A DNA stretch of 64,000 nt, taken from Desulfurococcales archaeon. Lineage in GTDB: Archaea; Thermoproteota; Thermoprotei_A; Sulfolobales; AG1. The notes below the pieces were generated by a model. The model ran no database searches. It was not told where the DNA came from and worked only from the letters and a program-made list of their open reading frames with translations. Position numbers and translations under genes: made by a program. Positions 9,401-18,733 of this stretch are shown here, piece after piece. The stretch lies in NCBI GenBank assembly GCA_015521765.1, contig WANO01000038.1, positions 722 through 64,721 of the forward strand, read 5' to 3'. Position 1 is the stretch's first letter, and each line of letters starts with the position of its first letter.

Positions 9401-10885
9401 TTGTGTAGTATTGGGGGTTTTTTAAGGTTTAACCATTCCGGAAACATAGATCTTGTTGTCAGAAAGCTTGTTGATATAATGGTTAATGCTAAGGATCGTG
9501 GAAGGGATAGCTGGGGTATAGTGGGTGTAACTGGCTCGGGTGACTATGTCTATATTAAAAGATCTGGCGAGATAGATAGGGAAGACTATAAAGACATATA
9601 TGAGGTGTTTCGAGACCGTAGCCCAGTGTCGGCGATATTCAATATGAGGGCGGAGCCAACAACAGAGTATGTGCCGGTGAAGGATGACAACAATATACAG
9701 CCTTTTATCGGTTCCAGATATGCGGTGGCCCATAACGGTACTATAGCCAATGATCTTGAGATCGAGGAGAGGTTCGGAATCAGAAAGATATCTAGGATAG
9801 ACACCTCGGTACTGCCTCCACTCCTAGACAAGATATGGGATGGAGACATATACAGGCTTAGAGAGATCCTGGCCAACGAGATAAAGGGAAGCTATGCCCT
9901 AGCTATACTTGATAGGGTTAAGCCCAACTGTATTTATCTAGCCACAAACTTTAAGCCTCTCTACATGATGTGGGATCGAGATCTCGAAACGCTGTTTTTC
10001 TCCAGCTATGACGAGCATCTCCAAAGCCCTGAACTCCCACCATGGAGCTCTAACCCCGTTAAGAGGGTTGAGCCCTACTCTATAGTTGAGATCTGCTCAA
10101 GCGGTACCTATAGAACTGTAGATCTTAGTGGAAACAGCAGCATTAAGAAACGCAAGAGAGCACTGGTCATTATAAGCGGGGGTCTAGACTCAACAGTAAC
10201 AGCAACATACCTATTGAGGAAAGGATACGATGTAACTCTACTCCACTTCAACTATAGGCATCTAGCTGAATCCCCAGAGTCGAGAGCCGTTAGAGAGATA
10301 GCTAAAGAGCTTAATGTGCCCCTGCTAGAGATCGAGACAGACGTATTCAGAGTCATAGGTAAGTCATCGCTGTTGGGCGAGGGTGAAGTAAATCTAAATG
10401 ACATGGGTAGAGAGGGAGCGGAGCTCCCCTTCGAATGGGTGCCAGCCAGAAATTTCGTGTTTCTCGCAGTCGCAACAGCTATAGCTGAGGCGTATGGATA
10501 CGACTATGTGGCTTTAGGCATAAATGTGGAGGAGGGGAACGCGTATCCAGATAACGAAAACGAGTTCTACAGGCTGCTCAATAAGGCTTTGCCCTATGCA
10601 ACTTCTCCGGGAAAGATCGTGAAGATCATTAATCCGGTAGGGCATCTGGTTAAGCATGAAATAGTTAGGCTGGGCTTAGAGATAGGGGCTCCCCTACATC
10701 TAACTTGGAGCTGCTATCTAGGTAAAGATAAGCACTGCGGTAAATGTGGCCCGTGCTATATGAGGAGATGGGCTTTCAAGATGAATGGTGTTAGGGATCC
10801 CGTAGCATATGATCTTCCTGAAAGCTACGAAAAAGACTTCTGGAGCGGGTGCAGGAAGTATGAGTATAGGGGAGCTAGATCGTGA
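9401..10885 (+). CDS. queC: GAT-QueC: class II glutamine amidotransferase fused to 7-cyano-7-deazaguanine synthase (archaeosine pathway)
   Basis: N-terminal Cys (MCSIGG), RGRDSWG and HNG; QueC SGGLDS, VPARN, YPD and TWSCY...HCGKCGPC. Confidence 0.93.
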   Translation: MCSIGGFLRFNHSGNIDLVVRKLVDIMVNAKDRGRDSWGIVGVTGSGDYVYIKRSGEIDREDYKDIYEVFRDRSPVSAIFNMRAEPTTEYVPVKDDNNIQPFIGSRYAVAHNGTIANDLEIEERFGIRKISRIDTSVLPPLLDKIWDGDIYRLREILANEIKGSYALAILDRVKPNCIYLATNFKPLYMMWDRDLETLFFSSYDEHLQSPELPPWSSNPVKRVEPYSIVEICSSGTYRTVDLSGNSSIKKRKRALVIISGGLDSTVTATYLLRKGYDVTLLHFNYRHLAESPESRAVREIAKELNVPLLEIETDVFRVIGKSSLLGEGEVNLNDMGREGAELPFEWVPARNFVFLAVATAIAEAYGYDYVALGINVEEGNAYPDNENEFYRLLNKALPYATSPGKIVKIINPVGHLVKHEIVRLGLEIGAPLHLTWSCYLGKDKHCGKCGPCYMRRWAFKMNGVRDPVAYDLPESYEKDFWSGCRKYEYRGARS

Positions 10886-11606
10886 ACATGTCGCTGTATC
10901 AGAGATCTTTAAAAGCTATCAGGGAGAGGGGCTCAACGCGGGGAAGCCAGCTGTATTTGTTAGGCTAGCCCTATGCAACCTGTACTGCTCATGGTGCGAC
11001 ACAAAGTATAGTTGGCTAACTCCAGATAGAGCCAGGGTTCTGGGGCTGAAAGAATATTATTACTCGATGGATAAAGCGAGATTCCAGATCTATTCACCTA
11101 TAGAGCTATATAAGATCGTGACATCGATAAGCGGGGCAAGGCATCTTGTTCTAACCGGAGGAGAACCCCTTATATGGAGGTATAGGCTGGTTGAGTTTCT
11201 ATCTAGGCTAAAGAGCGATGGATGGTTTATTGAGGTTGAAACCAATGGTACTATTCCACCTGATCCGATAGATGTATATATAGATCTATTCAACGTATCA
11301 CCCAAACTAAGCAATTCAGGTGTCCCATACAGATATAGGATAGTGGAGAATGCATTGAGAAGGTTCGTTGAGCTCGCCGTGATGGGTAGGGCTATATTTA
11401 AATTTGTGGTTTCGTCGCATAGCGATCTCGATGAGATAAGGGAGCTGATCAGAATCTATAGGATACCGAAAAATAGAATCCTGCTTATGAGCGAGTGCAG
11501 AGATAGAGTAGAGTGTCTAGAAAGAGACAGATACACAGTTGAGTTCTCAAGAAAGCTTGGGGTTGGCTTCACAAGGAGGCACCATATACTGGATGGATAC
11601 AAGTAA
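10860..11606 (+). CDS. queE: 7-carboxy-7-deazaguanine synthase (radical SAM)
   Basis: SYQGEG, FVRL-CNLYCSWCDT, TGGEP, ETNGT and VSPK motifs; overlaps the end of gat-queC. Confidence 0.93.
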   Translation: MSIGELDREHVAVSEIFKSYQGEGLNAGKPAVFVRLALCNLYCSWCDTKYSWLTPDRARVLGLKEYYYSMDKARFQIYSPIELYKIVTSISGARHLVLTGGEPLIWRYRLVEFLSRLKSDGWFIEVETNGTIPPDPIDVYIDLFNVSPKLSNSGVPYRYRIVENALRRFVELAVMGRAIFKFVVSSHSDLDEIRELIRIYRIPKNRILLMSECRDRVECLERDRYTVEFSRKLGVGFTRRHHILDGYK

Positions 11607-11618
11607 TAGTCATTGTTC

Positions 11619-12917
11619 TCAATCGAAGACCATACCCTTAGTTTCTGGAGCTAGAATGTGTGTGGCTAGCGAACCAACCACAGCAACAGCCATAGTTGCC
11701 AGTAGCGGGGTGGTGACATTACCGGTAAGCTGGAACAACACGCCGAAGACTATCGGGCCCAATACAGCTATAAATTTGCCGAAGCCCTCGGCAACACCAA
11801 AGGCTTTTCCCCTAAGCTTTGTTGGAAACAGCTCGCTAGTGAATGGGTAGACAGCGCCCCAGGCACCAAGATTAAAGAAGCTAACCGCTATAGCCGCTAG
11901 AGTGAACACAACAACATCTCTTGTTGCTGCTGCCATCACAATCCCCGTTACTCCACTCATGAATAGGTAGGTGACCAGAGTCTTTTTCCTCCCCCATCTC
12001 TCTACAAGAATCATAGCGCTAACGTAGCCGGGTACCTGGAAAAGAAACGCTAGGGTTAGATAAAGCCATATATTTCCGTATAGGGCAACAACATTAAATA
12101 CTTGGGGTAGCCATAGAAATAGTCCGTAGTATGTGTAGTTTAGAGCTGACCAGGCAAACAGCATTGCTAAAGCTCTCCGGCCATAGTGTGAGAAGAGCTC
12201 GTTGAAGCTTCCCTTCTCTTCTACAGCAAACTCTATTGTTCTTGGATCAATATTTCTTCCAGTAAGCCTTTTCAGAACCTCTGATGCCCTATCCAAGTAG
12301 CCCTTCTTGGCTAGATAGAACGGGGATTCAGGCACATAGAGTCTGAATAAAGCCACTATGAATGCCGGAAACGCAGCTGCTAGAAATAGCGCTCTCCAGT
12401 TACCACCGCCAATTTCCAGAAAAACATATGCTAGAGCTAGAGCTATTAAACTTCCTACAGGCCAGAACAGATCCATGCTAACCATAAGCATCCCACGCTT
12501 CCTGGGAGGCAGGAACTCGCTTAATAGCGCTGGATCAACAACAAGCATGCCGCCCAGCCCGACCCCGGCAAGGAATCTATACGCTAAGAGATCGTAGAAC
12601 CCCGTAGATAAAGCGGTTAAAGCAGTGAATAGGCTATACCAAATGAGGGAGATCTGGAAAACAGGCCTTCTCCCTACAACATCGCTTAACCTCCCGAAAA
12701 TAACCGCCCCTGCGATATCGCCAAGCAACACCGCTGAGGCGAGTATGCCTTGCTGGATCTGGTTGAGGCTAAAGATCTCTGCGAAGAGAGGTAGGGTGAA
12801 CGATATCAGTATTATCTCCATAGCCACAAAGGCCCATGAGAACCTGGCTATCCATATGATCCTACTCTGGGTGCTGCTGATCTCTTCAGTATCGAGGATC
12901 TCTTCAATCCTAACCAA
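11619..12917 (-). CDS. MFS transporter (sugar porter/SV2-like)
   Basis: About 12 TM helices; GRLSDVVGRR, PESP, ELFPT and PETK motifs. Confidence 0.92.
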   Translation of the reverse strand: MVRIEEILDTEEISSTQSRIIWIARFSWAFVAMEIILISFTLPLFAEIFSLNQIQQGILASAVLLGDIAGAVIFGRLSDVVGRRPVFQISLIWYSLFTALTALSTGFYDLLAYRFLAGVGLGGMLVVDPALLSEFLPPRKRGMLMVSMDLFWPVGSLIALALAYVFLEIGGGNWRALFLAAAFPAFIVALFRLYVPESPFYLAKKGYLDRASEVLKRLTGRNIDPRTIEFAVEEKGSFNELFSHYGRRALAMLFAWSALNYTYYGLFLWLPQVFNVVALYGNIWLYLTLAFLFQVPGYVSAMILVERWGRKKTLVTYLFMSGVTGIVMAAATRDVVVFTLAAIAVSFFNLGAWGAVYPFTSELFPTKLRGKAFGVAEGFGKFIAVLGPIVFGVLFQLTGNVTTPLLATMAVAVVGSLATHILAPETKGMVFD

Positions 12918-13014
12918 TAACCGTCACCAAACACATGTTCTGTAAAAAACCAATATAAACATTAATCAACCCACACTGACAAAAATAAAATCCCTCAAAG
13001 AATCAAAAATAATG

Positions 13015-13090
13015 GCGGCGGTCGTCTAGCCTGGTCTAGGACGCCGGCCTCCCAAGCCGGCGATCCCGGGTTCAAATCCCGGCCGCCGCA
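13015..13090 (+). tRNA. tRNA-Gly(CCC), no intron, CCA not encoded
   Basis: Cloverleaf with GCGGCGG/CCGCCGC acceptor, loop CTCCCAA and TTCAAAT T loop. Confidence 0.95.
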
Positions 13091-13219
13091 TCAAACAATA
13101 AGGAATGCTCTATCCTGTTGAGATAGCTTTGCTCCTAAGGATACATAGATAACATCTAGATGGTATGTCGAGGTAGACATATATCAAGGACTCTACAATA
13201 CATGGTGTGGGTTCCTGAT

Positions 13220-13424
13220 ATGCCTAAAGCTATAGAACTTGTAGAGCCCGGCGAACTCGATAAAGTAGCTCTAGGCATGTAGGCTACGATAAAAGATGGA
13301 GAAGTGATTACATGTGCTGATTCTCTTGATAAACTGCAAAGTTATGGCGAGGAAAGGAAGTAAACGTGAAGAGTAATATGTGATCAAAGTCCCAATACAC
13401 GATCTATTCGTTGCTATGCTATAA
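13220..13424 (+). pseudogene. Decayed small gene resembling DUF5678 family proteins
   Basis: Reads MPKAIELVEPGELDKVALGM*ATIKDGEVITCADSLDKL, then after a frameshift VMARKGSKREE*YVIKVP; TAG sits where GKWVAIKDG-type proteins have Trp. Confidence 0.5.
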
Positions 13425-13526
13425 AAACACTGCATGCAACACCCACACATCTCGAACTCGAATAGGATATAGCTTTAAGTATATGTATAGAACCATATTT
13501 TAAAGCCTTTATGCATAGTTTTACGT

Positions 13527-14294
13527 ATGAAGAATCCCTATAAATTGCTTGTTGATAGAATATCTGAGAAGGGATACAGCCTAGGGACATGGATAACCAT
13601 AAACAGCCCAGAGGTAGCGGAGATAGCCTCCTATATAGGGCTTGACTGGGTTGTAATCGATATGGAGCACGCACCACTAGACTTCTATGACGCCGAAATG
13701 CTTCTAATGGGCTTAGCTAATGATGCTATAGTTGGGATTGTGAGGATCCCGCTAAATGATCCTGTGTATGTGAAGAGAGCCCTAGATATAGGGTCTGATG
13801 GCCTACTGGCTCCCCTAATAAGTAGCGAGAAGGATGCGAGAGATCTAGTTAGATACGCATCATACCCACCTAAGGGGATCAGGGGTGTGGGACCCCGCAG
13901 AGCCTCTAGGTATGGGCTAATTCCGCTTAGAGAATATGTCGAGCAGTCTAGGAGCATCCTACTTCTAGTACAGATCGAAACGAGAGAGGCGTTAATGAAC
14001 CTGGATAGTATACTCGAGGTGGAGGAGATTCATGGAGTGTTTGTGGGACCCAACGATCTTGCTATGAATATGGGTGCCGAGAGAGACTTCACCAACCCAT
14101 ATATGCAGAAGATGCTTAGCGAAATAGCAGGTAGAGCCGTTGAGAGGAAGAGAATCATAGGTATAATGACCTACACACCCGAAGAGGCCAGAAAAGCTAT
14201 AGAGCTTGGCTACAACTTCATAGCTCTGGGAAGCGATACATCAGCACTTATAAGGGGATTGAAAACATTTAAAGAAAGCCTAGAAAATAGATAG
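13527..14294 (+). CDS. HpcH/HpaI (class II pyruvate) aldolase family
   Basis: IDMEHAP, YPPKGIRG, QIET and FVGPNDL motifs. Confidence 0.92.
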   Translation: MKNPYKLLVDRISEKGYSLGTWITINSPEVAEIASYIGLDWVVIDMEHAPLDFYDAEMLLMGLANDAIVGIVRIPLNDPVYVKRALDIGSDGLLAPLISSEKDARDLVRYASYPPKGIRGVGPRRASRYGLIPLREYVEQSRSILLLVQIETREALMNLDSILEVEEIHGVFVGPNDLAMNMGAERDFTNPYMQKMLSEIAGRAVERKRIIGIMTYTPEEARKAIELGYNFIALGSDTSALIRGLKTFKESLENR

Positions 14295-14301
14295 GGGCTC
14301 T

Positions 14302-15390
14302 ATGATGAGCGTGGTCGATATACTCGATAACGAGCTGAGGAAGACGCAGACCTATAAGCCTAAGGAGAGGAAATGTGTCTATCCACTCGATCTAAACGAG
14401 AACCTAGTGATCCCTAAAGAGCTACTTCAGGAGATAATTATTGAGGCTGCTAAGGAGATAGATCCTAGAACATACCCAGCAAAAGAGAGGAGAGAGGCTG
14501 AGGAGGCGTTAGCTAGAGTACATAATGTTGATCCCGAGCAGATAGTACTGTTCAACGGTGCGGACGACGCCATAGACACTCTGATAAACCTAGCTAGCCA
14601 GGCTAATCCGGGAAAGGCAACGGTATTAGCGTTGAAGCCATCATTCACAATATATAGGACGAGAACGCTGGTGAAGGGGTTAAACTATATAGAGAGTAAG
14701 ATAGATAGGGATACATTGAAGCCTGATCTAAGGGACCTCGCCGAGAAAGCCTCCGTATCGGAATTGGTATTTTTCGATATACCAAACAATCCAACAGGTA
14801 TAATACCTCTAGACAGGGTCGAGATAGAGGAAATAATAGAGAAAGCCTGTGGAATTGTCGCTATTGACGAGGTATATGCCCAATACATTGCGGAGGGGTG
14901 GGAATCGGTTGATCTGGTTAAGAGATACGATAATGTAGCAACTATAAGAAGCTTCTCCAAATCCTATGGCTTAGCGGGTATGAGGATAGGCTATATAGTT
15001 GCTTCAAGGAGATTAGCCTCAATACTAAAGAGATCAACCCTACCCTTCCACATAAATAAACTAGCGCTTAGACTCATAGTTAAGGTTCTCGAGAGAAACG
15101 ATATCTTTAAGAAATACATCGACGAGGTAATCGATTTGAGAGACTACATGTATAGAAAGCTTACAGAAATCAACCCGCTAAAGGTCTATAGATCATACAC
15201 AAACTTCCTGTTGCTAGACGCCGGAAAACACCACAGCGAGATTCTTAAAAAAGCGCATGAAAACGGGTACTGCATAAGGGAATTCAAAGGGGTTTTCGAT
15301 GAAAACGATAAATATATAAGAATAACCATACCACCAAGCAGAGAGACCGCAGACAGCCTGATAGATGTGATTAAACAAGCAGTAGGCTAG
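14302..15390 (+). CDS. HisC-like class I/II PLP aminotransferase
   Basis: LDLNEN, NGADDAI, PNNPTG, DEVY and RSFSKSYGLAGMRIGY motifs. Confidence 0.88.
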   Translation: MMSVVDILDNELRKTQTYKPKERKCVYPLDLNENLVIPKELLQEIIIEAAKEIDPRTYPAKERREAEEALARVHNVDPEQIVLFNGADDAIDTLINLASQANPGKATVLALKPSFTIYRTRTLVKGLNYIESKIDRDTLKPDLRDLAEKASVSELVFFDIPNNPTGIIPLDRVEIEEIIEKACGIVAIDEVYAQYIAEGWESVDLVKRYDNVATIRSFSKSYGLAGMRIGYIVASRRLASILKRSTLPFHINKLALRLIVKVLERNDIFKKYIDEVIDLRDYMYRKLTEINPLKVYRSYTNFLLLDAGKHHSEILKKAHENGYCIREFKGVFDENDKYIRITIPPSRETADSLIDVIKQAVG

Positions 15391-15413
15391 AGCCGGAGCG
15401 AACAAAGCAAAAG

Positions 15414-15788
15414 CTATCTCTTTGATCCACGTCTCTTCTCCCTTTTAACTGTAACTCCCTGAGCAAATATAGCGTAGCCTACACCAGCACCTATAAATAA
15501 TCCAATAACAATGCCTCCAGCTATCCATACACCTATCTCCGAGCCCGTGGGAGGTCTAGTGATAGTTATCGGCTCGGGTGTATATGTGAATGTAACTGTC
15601 AATGTGGTTGTGACTGTAGTAACGTTTCCTGGAGTCGTGATATTAGCTACAGTTTCATTGGCGGCCTGCAGCAGGAGATTCCCTGAACCTATATATGTGT
15701 CATGGAGCATCCAGGCAGTATCGATCGGTGAAAAAGCTATAGAGAGTGAAGCTATAGCTATAATCAAGCAAATAACAACAGCCCTCAT
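15414..15788 (-). CDS. Small secreted, membrane-anchored Thr-rich protein
   Basis: N-terminal signal helix, Thr-rich linker, C-terminal TM helix followed by a basic tail. Confidence 0.7.
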   Translation of the reverse strand: MRAVVICLIIAIASLSIAFSPIDTAWMLHDTYIGSGNLLLQAANETVANITTPGNVTTVTTTLTVTFTYTPEPITITRPPTGSEIGVWIAGGIVIGLFIGAGVGYAIFAQGVTVKREKRRGSKR

Positions 15789-15884
15789 GCAGTAGACACC
15801 ACAAAGACGTTATACATGAAATCCTTTAAAATTATGGCCCATACAACCATAATTAAAGCGTGGAGCTGAACAATTACCTCTGTT

Positions 15885-16988
15885 TTACTGCTGTGTCCCT
15901 GAGATATATTGATCGAGACCCAAATCCCTCAAAAACGATATAGCGTCGCGAAGATCTCTAGCACCCCTAACTATAGCTAGAGAAGGGTTGAGGATCGTTA
16001 TTTCTACACCCCCTCTACCCACAACGTAGATCCCGTCGTATTCGTTTACGCTCCACACACCCCGATCAATAGATCCAATAAGCCTAGCCAACCCCCCACG
16101 ATCCATGTTAAGTCTCACCTTAAAGGTGCCTGGAGAGCCGCACACGGGCATGACTCCATAGCGTTTTCTCTCTGCATTGAGAAACTCATACCTATCCAAT
16201 CCACATACAGGGCATCTAGGGTTTCTTTTAACCTGTATCTTGGTGATCTCGAACCTATTTACATCTATATAGTATAGCCCATCAGCACCCTTGTCCAGAA
16301 GGATATCTACGGCCAGCTTGGCGGCCACAACCGAAACCATGGTTACCGTAACTATATCTGTACCTATAACCTCACACTGATTCTGGCTATCTAGATCGTT
16401 TACCGAACCCAATATACACCTTAGGCAGGGCGTTGATTTGGGTATTATGGGCATCACATTACCGAACCTCCCGGAGACGCCAGCAAATATATATGGTACA
16501 CCTTTATGTATGCAGGCCTCATTAACTATCATTCTCGTCTCCATATTGTCTAGGCCGTCGATAACGAGATCGACACCATCGATCAAGTCAAAAACGTTGG
16601 AGCCATCAACCTCATCAACTACAGCCTCAACAATGGTGCCAGGGTTGATCTCTATAATCCTCTCTCTAACAGCATGAGCCTTGGGCCTTCTAACTCTATA
16701 GTCGCTATAGCCATACAGATGCACCCTGGGAATGTTCGATAGATCTACAAAATCACGATCAACAATCCTGATAAAACCAACACCCATCCTGGCAAGAAGC
16801 TCAGATATAGTTGAGCCTAAAGCACCAGCACCAACAACAAGAACCTTGGATCTCTGAAGCCTCCTTAGTCCAGATAACCCTATCTCCTTCAAAAGGACAA
16901 CTCTAGAGAACATCTCCGCTAGCTCATCATCACTAACAGCAGAATTATATGGTGCGCCCGAGGCCTGCATACCTGAACAATTCACCAA
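15885..16988 (-). CDS. ThiF/MoeB family E1-like adenylyltransferase (true start may be downstream)
   Basis: VVGAGALG, DRDFVDLSN, DGLDN, PCLRC and CPVC motifs. Confidence 0.9.
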   Translation of the reverse strand: MVNCSGMQASGAPYNSAVSDDELAEMFSRVVLLKEIGLSGLRRLQRSKVLVVGAGALGSTISELLARMGVGFIRIVDRDFVDLSNIPRVHLYGYSDYRVRRPKAHAVRERIIEINPGTIVEAVVDEVDGSNVFDLIDGVDLVIDGLDNMETRMIVNEACIHKGVPYIFAGVSGRFGNVMPIIPKSTPCLRCILGSVNDLDSQNQCEVIGTDIVTVTMVSVVAAKLAVDILLDKGADGLYYIDVNRFEITKIQVKRNPRCPVCGLDRYEFLNAERKRYGVMPVCGSPGTFKVRLNMDRGGLARLIGSIDRGVWSVNEYDGIYVVGRGGVEITILNPSLAIVRGARDLRDAISFLRDLGLDQYISGTQQ

Positions 16989-17079
16989 GATAAATGTAGA
17001 TTTAGACAGCTTATAGATATAGTTAAAAAATAAAAAGATTCCTCCTTAAACTATATGGCTCCTACTTAAAATGGCTGGG

Positions 17080-17463
17080 CTATTTACCCTTAGCCTTAAG
17101 CTCCTCATAGGCGCGGCTGAGCTCATCAACAAGATCCTTGGCCTTCCCAGGCTCAAGTATAGCGGCGCTAGCAGCAGCCACCTGGATATTGGCTGCCTCG
17201 CCAAGCCTCTTCTTGCTTGGGACATATATGTAGGGGACCTTCTTCTCTTCACACAGAAATGGCAGGTGAAGAACTACCTCAGGCGGATCAACATCTTCAG
17301 CGATAACAACAAGTTTAGCCAGACCTCTCTCAATGGCCTTAGTAACCTCATTGGTGCCCTTCTTGATTTTACCGCTCTCCCTAGCTAGCCTAACAGCCTC
17401 GTACGCCTTCTCAGCTAGCTCTGGTGGAACAGAAAATCTAACATGAGGTTTATCCGAGCTCAT
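17080..17463 (-). CDS. rpl7ae: 50S ribosomal protein L7Ae
   Basis: [14 protein letters not shown] and [17 protein letters not shown] upstream. Confidence 0.97.
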   Translation of the reverse strand: MSSDKPHVRFSVPPELAEKAYEAVRLARESGKIKKGTNEVTKAIERGLAKLVVIAEDVDPPEVVLHLPFLCEEKKVPYIYVPSKKRLGEAANIQVAAASAAILEPGKAKDLVDELSRAYEELKAKGK

Positions 17464-17589
17464 TCTCATCCTCCCATCGTCGCTTCTCTATATCTGCACC
17501 ATATAAGTCATGGTTATAAGGTTATAAACTTAACTATTTCGATTTAAAAGGATTATTAATCCTAATTCAAATACTATAAGGTGCAAAAA

Positions 17590-18036
17590 ATGAAGATACA
17601 TTACGAAGGGGAGTTCGAGGTAGAACAAGAGAAAGAGAAGGTATTCAGATCGTTAATCGACATCGAAAAGGTAGGAAAGGCGTTTCCAGGCGTTGAGAAA
17701 ATAGAGAAGCTAGACGAAAAAACAGCGCAGGTAAGGGTTAAAATGGGTATAGGCGCATTGAGGGGGGTCCTCAACATCAAGCTAAGCTTTACCGAGATAA
17801 ATGAGGGTGTAAGCGCAAAGGTGAATGGAAGAGGTAGCGGTGCCCAAAGCACCGTGGACTTTACCCTGAGCTTCACGCTAGATCATAGAGACAACACAAC
17901 TAAAGTTGCATGGGTTTTCGACGGGAATGTCGGGGGGCTAATGGGCTCTATCGGTGGGAGAGTCCTGGATAGTGTTGCTAGGAGACTGATAAATGAGACC
18001 ATCGATAACCTGAAAAAGATCCTTGAGAGAGAATAG
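17590..18036 (+). CDS. CoxG/SRPBCC family protein
   Basis: FPGVEKIE and GxMGSIGGRVLD pattern typical of CoxG. Confidence 0.8.
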   Translation: MKIHYEGEFEVEQEKEKVFRSLIDIEKVGKAFPGVEKIEKLDEKTAQVRVKMGIGALRGVLNIKLSFTEINEGVSAKVNGRGSGAQSTVDFTLSFTLDHRDNTTKVAWVFDGNVGGLMGSIGGRVLDSVARRLINETIDNLKKILERE

Positions 18037-18153
18037 GCCGGCTATAATAGCTATGTAAGCTGATCCGGATTAATTTTCCCAACACCACATTTTCTCTAGC
18101 TAGTTGGTGATCCGTAAATTAAGTTTAAGTTTAGGTAACCAACATTTAATTAG

Positions 18154-18657
18154 GTGTTTCTCGATTTGAAGCTGAATAATATATGGACGCCATGGAGGCT
18201 AAGCTACATAAAGGAGGCGGATAAGATAAAGACATGCATATTCTGTGAATCATTCAAAAAGCCGGACAGGGACTCATATATAGTCTACAAGGGCAAAACA
18301 TGCTTCGTTGTACTCAATATCTATCCCTACAACAACGGGCATATAATGATAGCCCCCTACAGGCATGTAGCCAGCCTCGAGGACCTAAACGAGGAGGAGA
18401 GGACCGAAATCATGGATCTCATGGTTAAAAGCATCAAAATACTATCCAGCGAATACAACCCCCACGGATTCAATATAGGCATAAATCTCGGTAAGGCTGC
18501 AGGAGCCGGTGTAGAGCATCACCTGCATGTGCATATCGTTCCTAGATGGGTTGGAGACACGAACTTCATGCCTGTCCTAGGCGAAACCAAGGTGCTCCCC
18601 GAACTTCTCGACTCCACTTGGGATAGGCTGAGGAAAGCTTTTAACAGGGTTGCGTAG
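18154..18657 (+). CDS. HIT family hydrolase
   Basis: WTPWR, CIFC, NIYPYNNGH and HLHVHIVPRW motifs. Confidence 0.93.
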   Translation: MFLDLKLNNIWTPWRLSYIKEADKIKTCIFCESFKKPDRDSYIVYKGKTCFVVLNIYPYNNGHIMIAPYRHVASLEDLNEEERTEIMDLMVKSIKILSSEYNPHGFNIGINLGKAAGAGVEHHLHVHIVPRWVGDTNFMPVLGETKVLPELLDSTWDRLRKAFNRVA

Positions 18658-18733
18658 CAATTATCATCAGCAATCCACTAAGCCTAGATACATATGGATC
18701 AGGAGAAAATAAACGTGTTCGGGAGTGATCCAT

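Noticed and set aside
14302..15390. Assigning the symbol hisC
   Set aside because: Family is clear, but no his operon context supports the specific function
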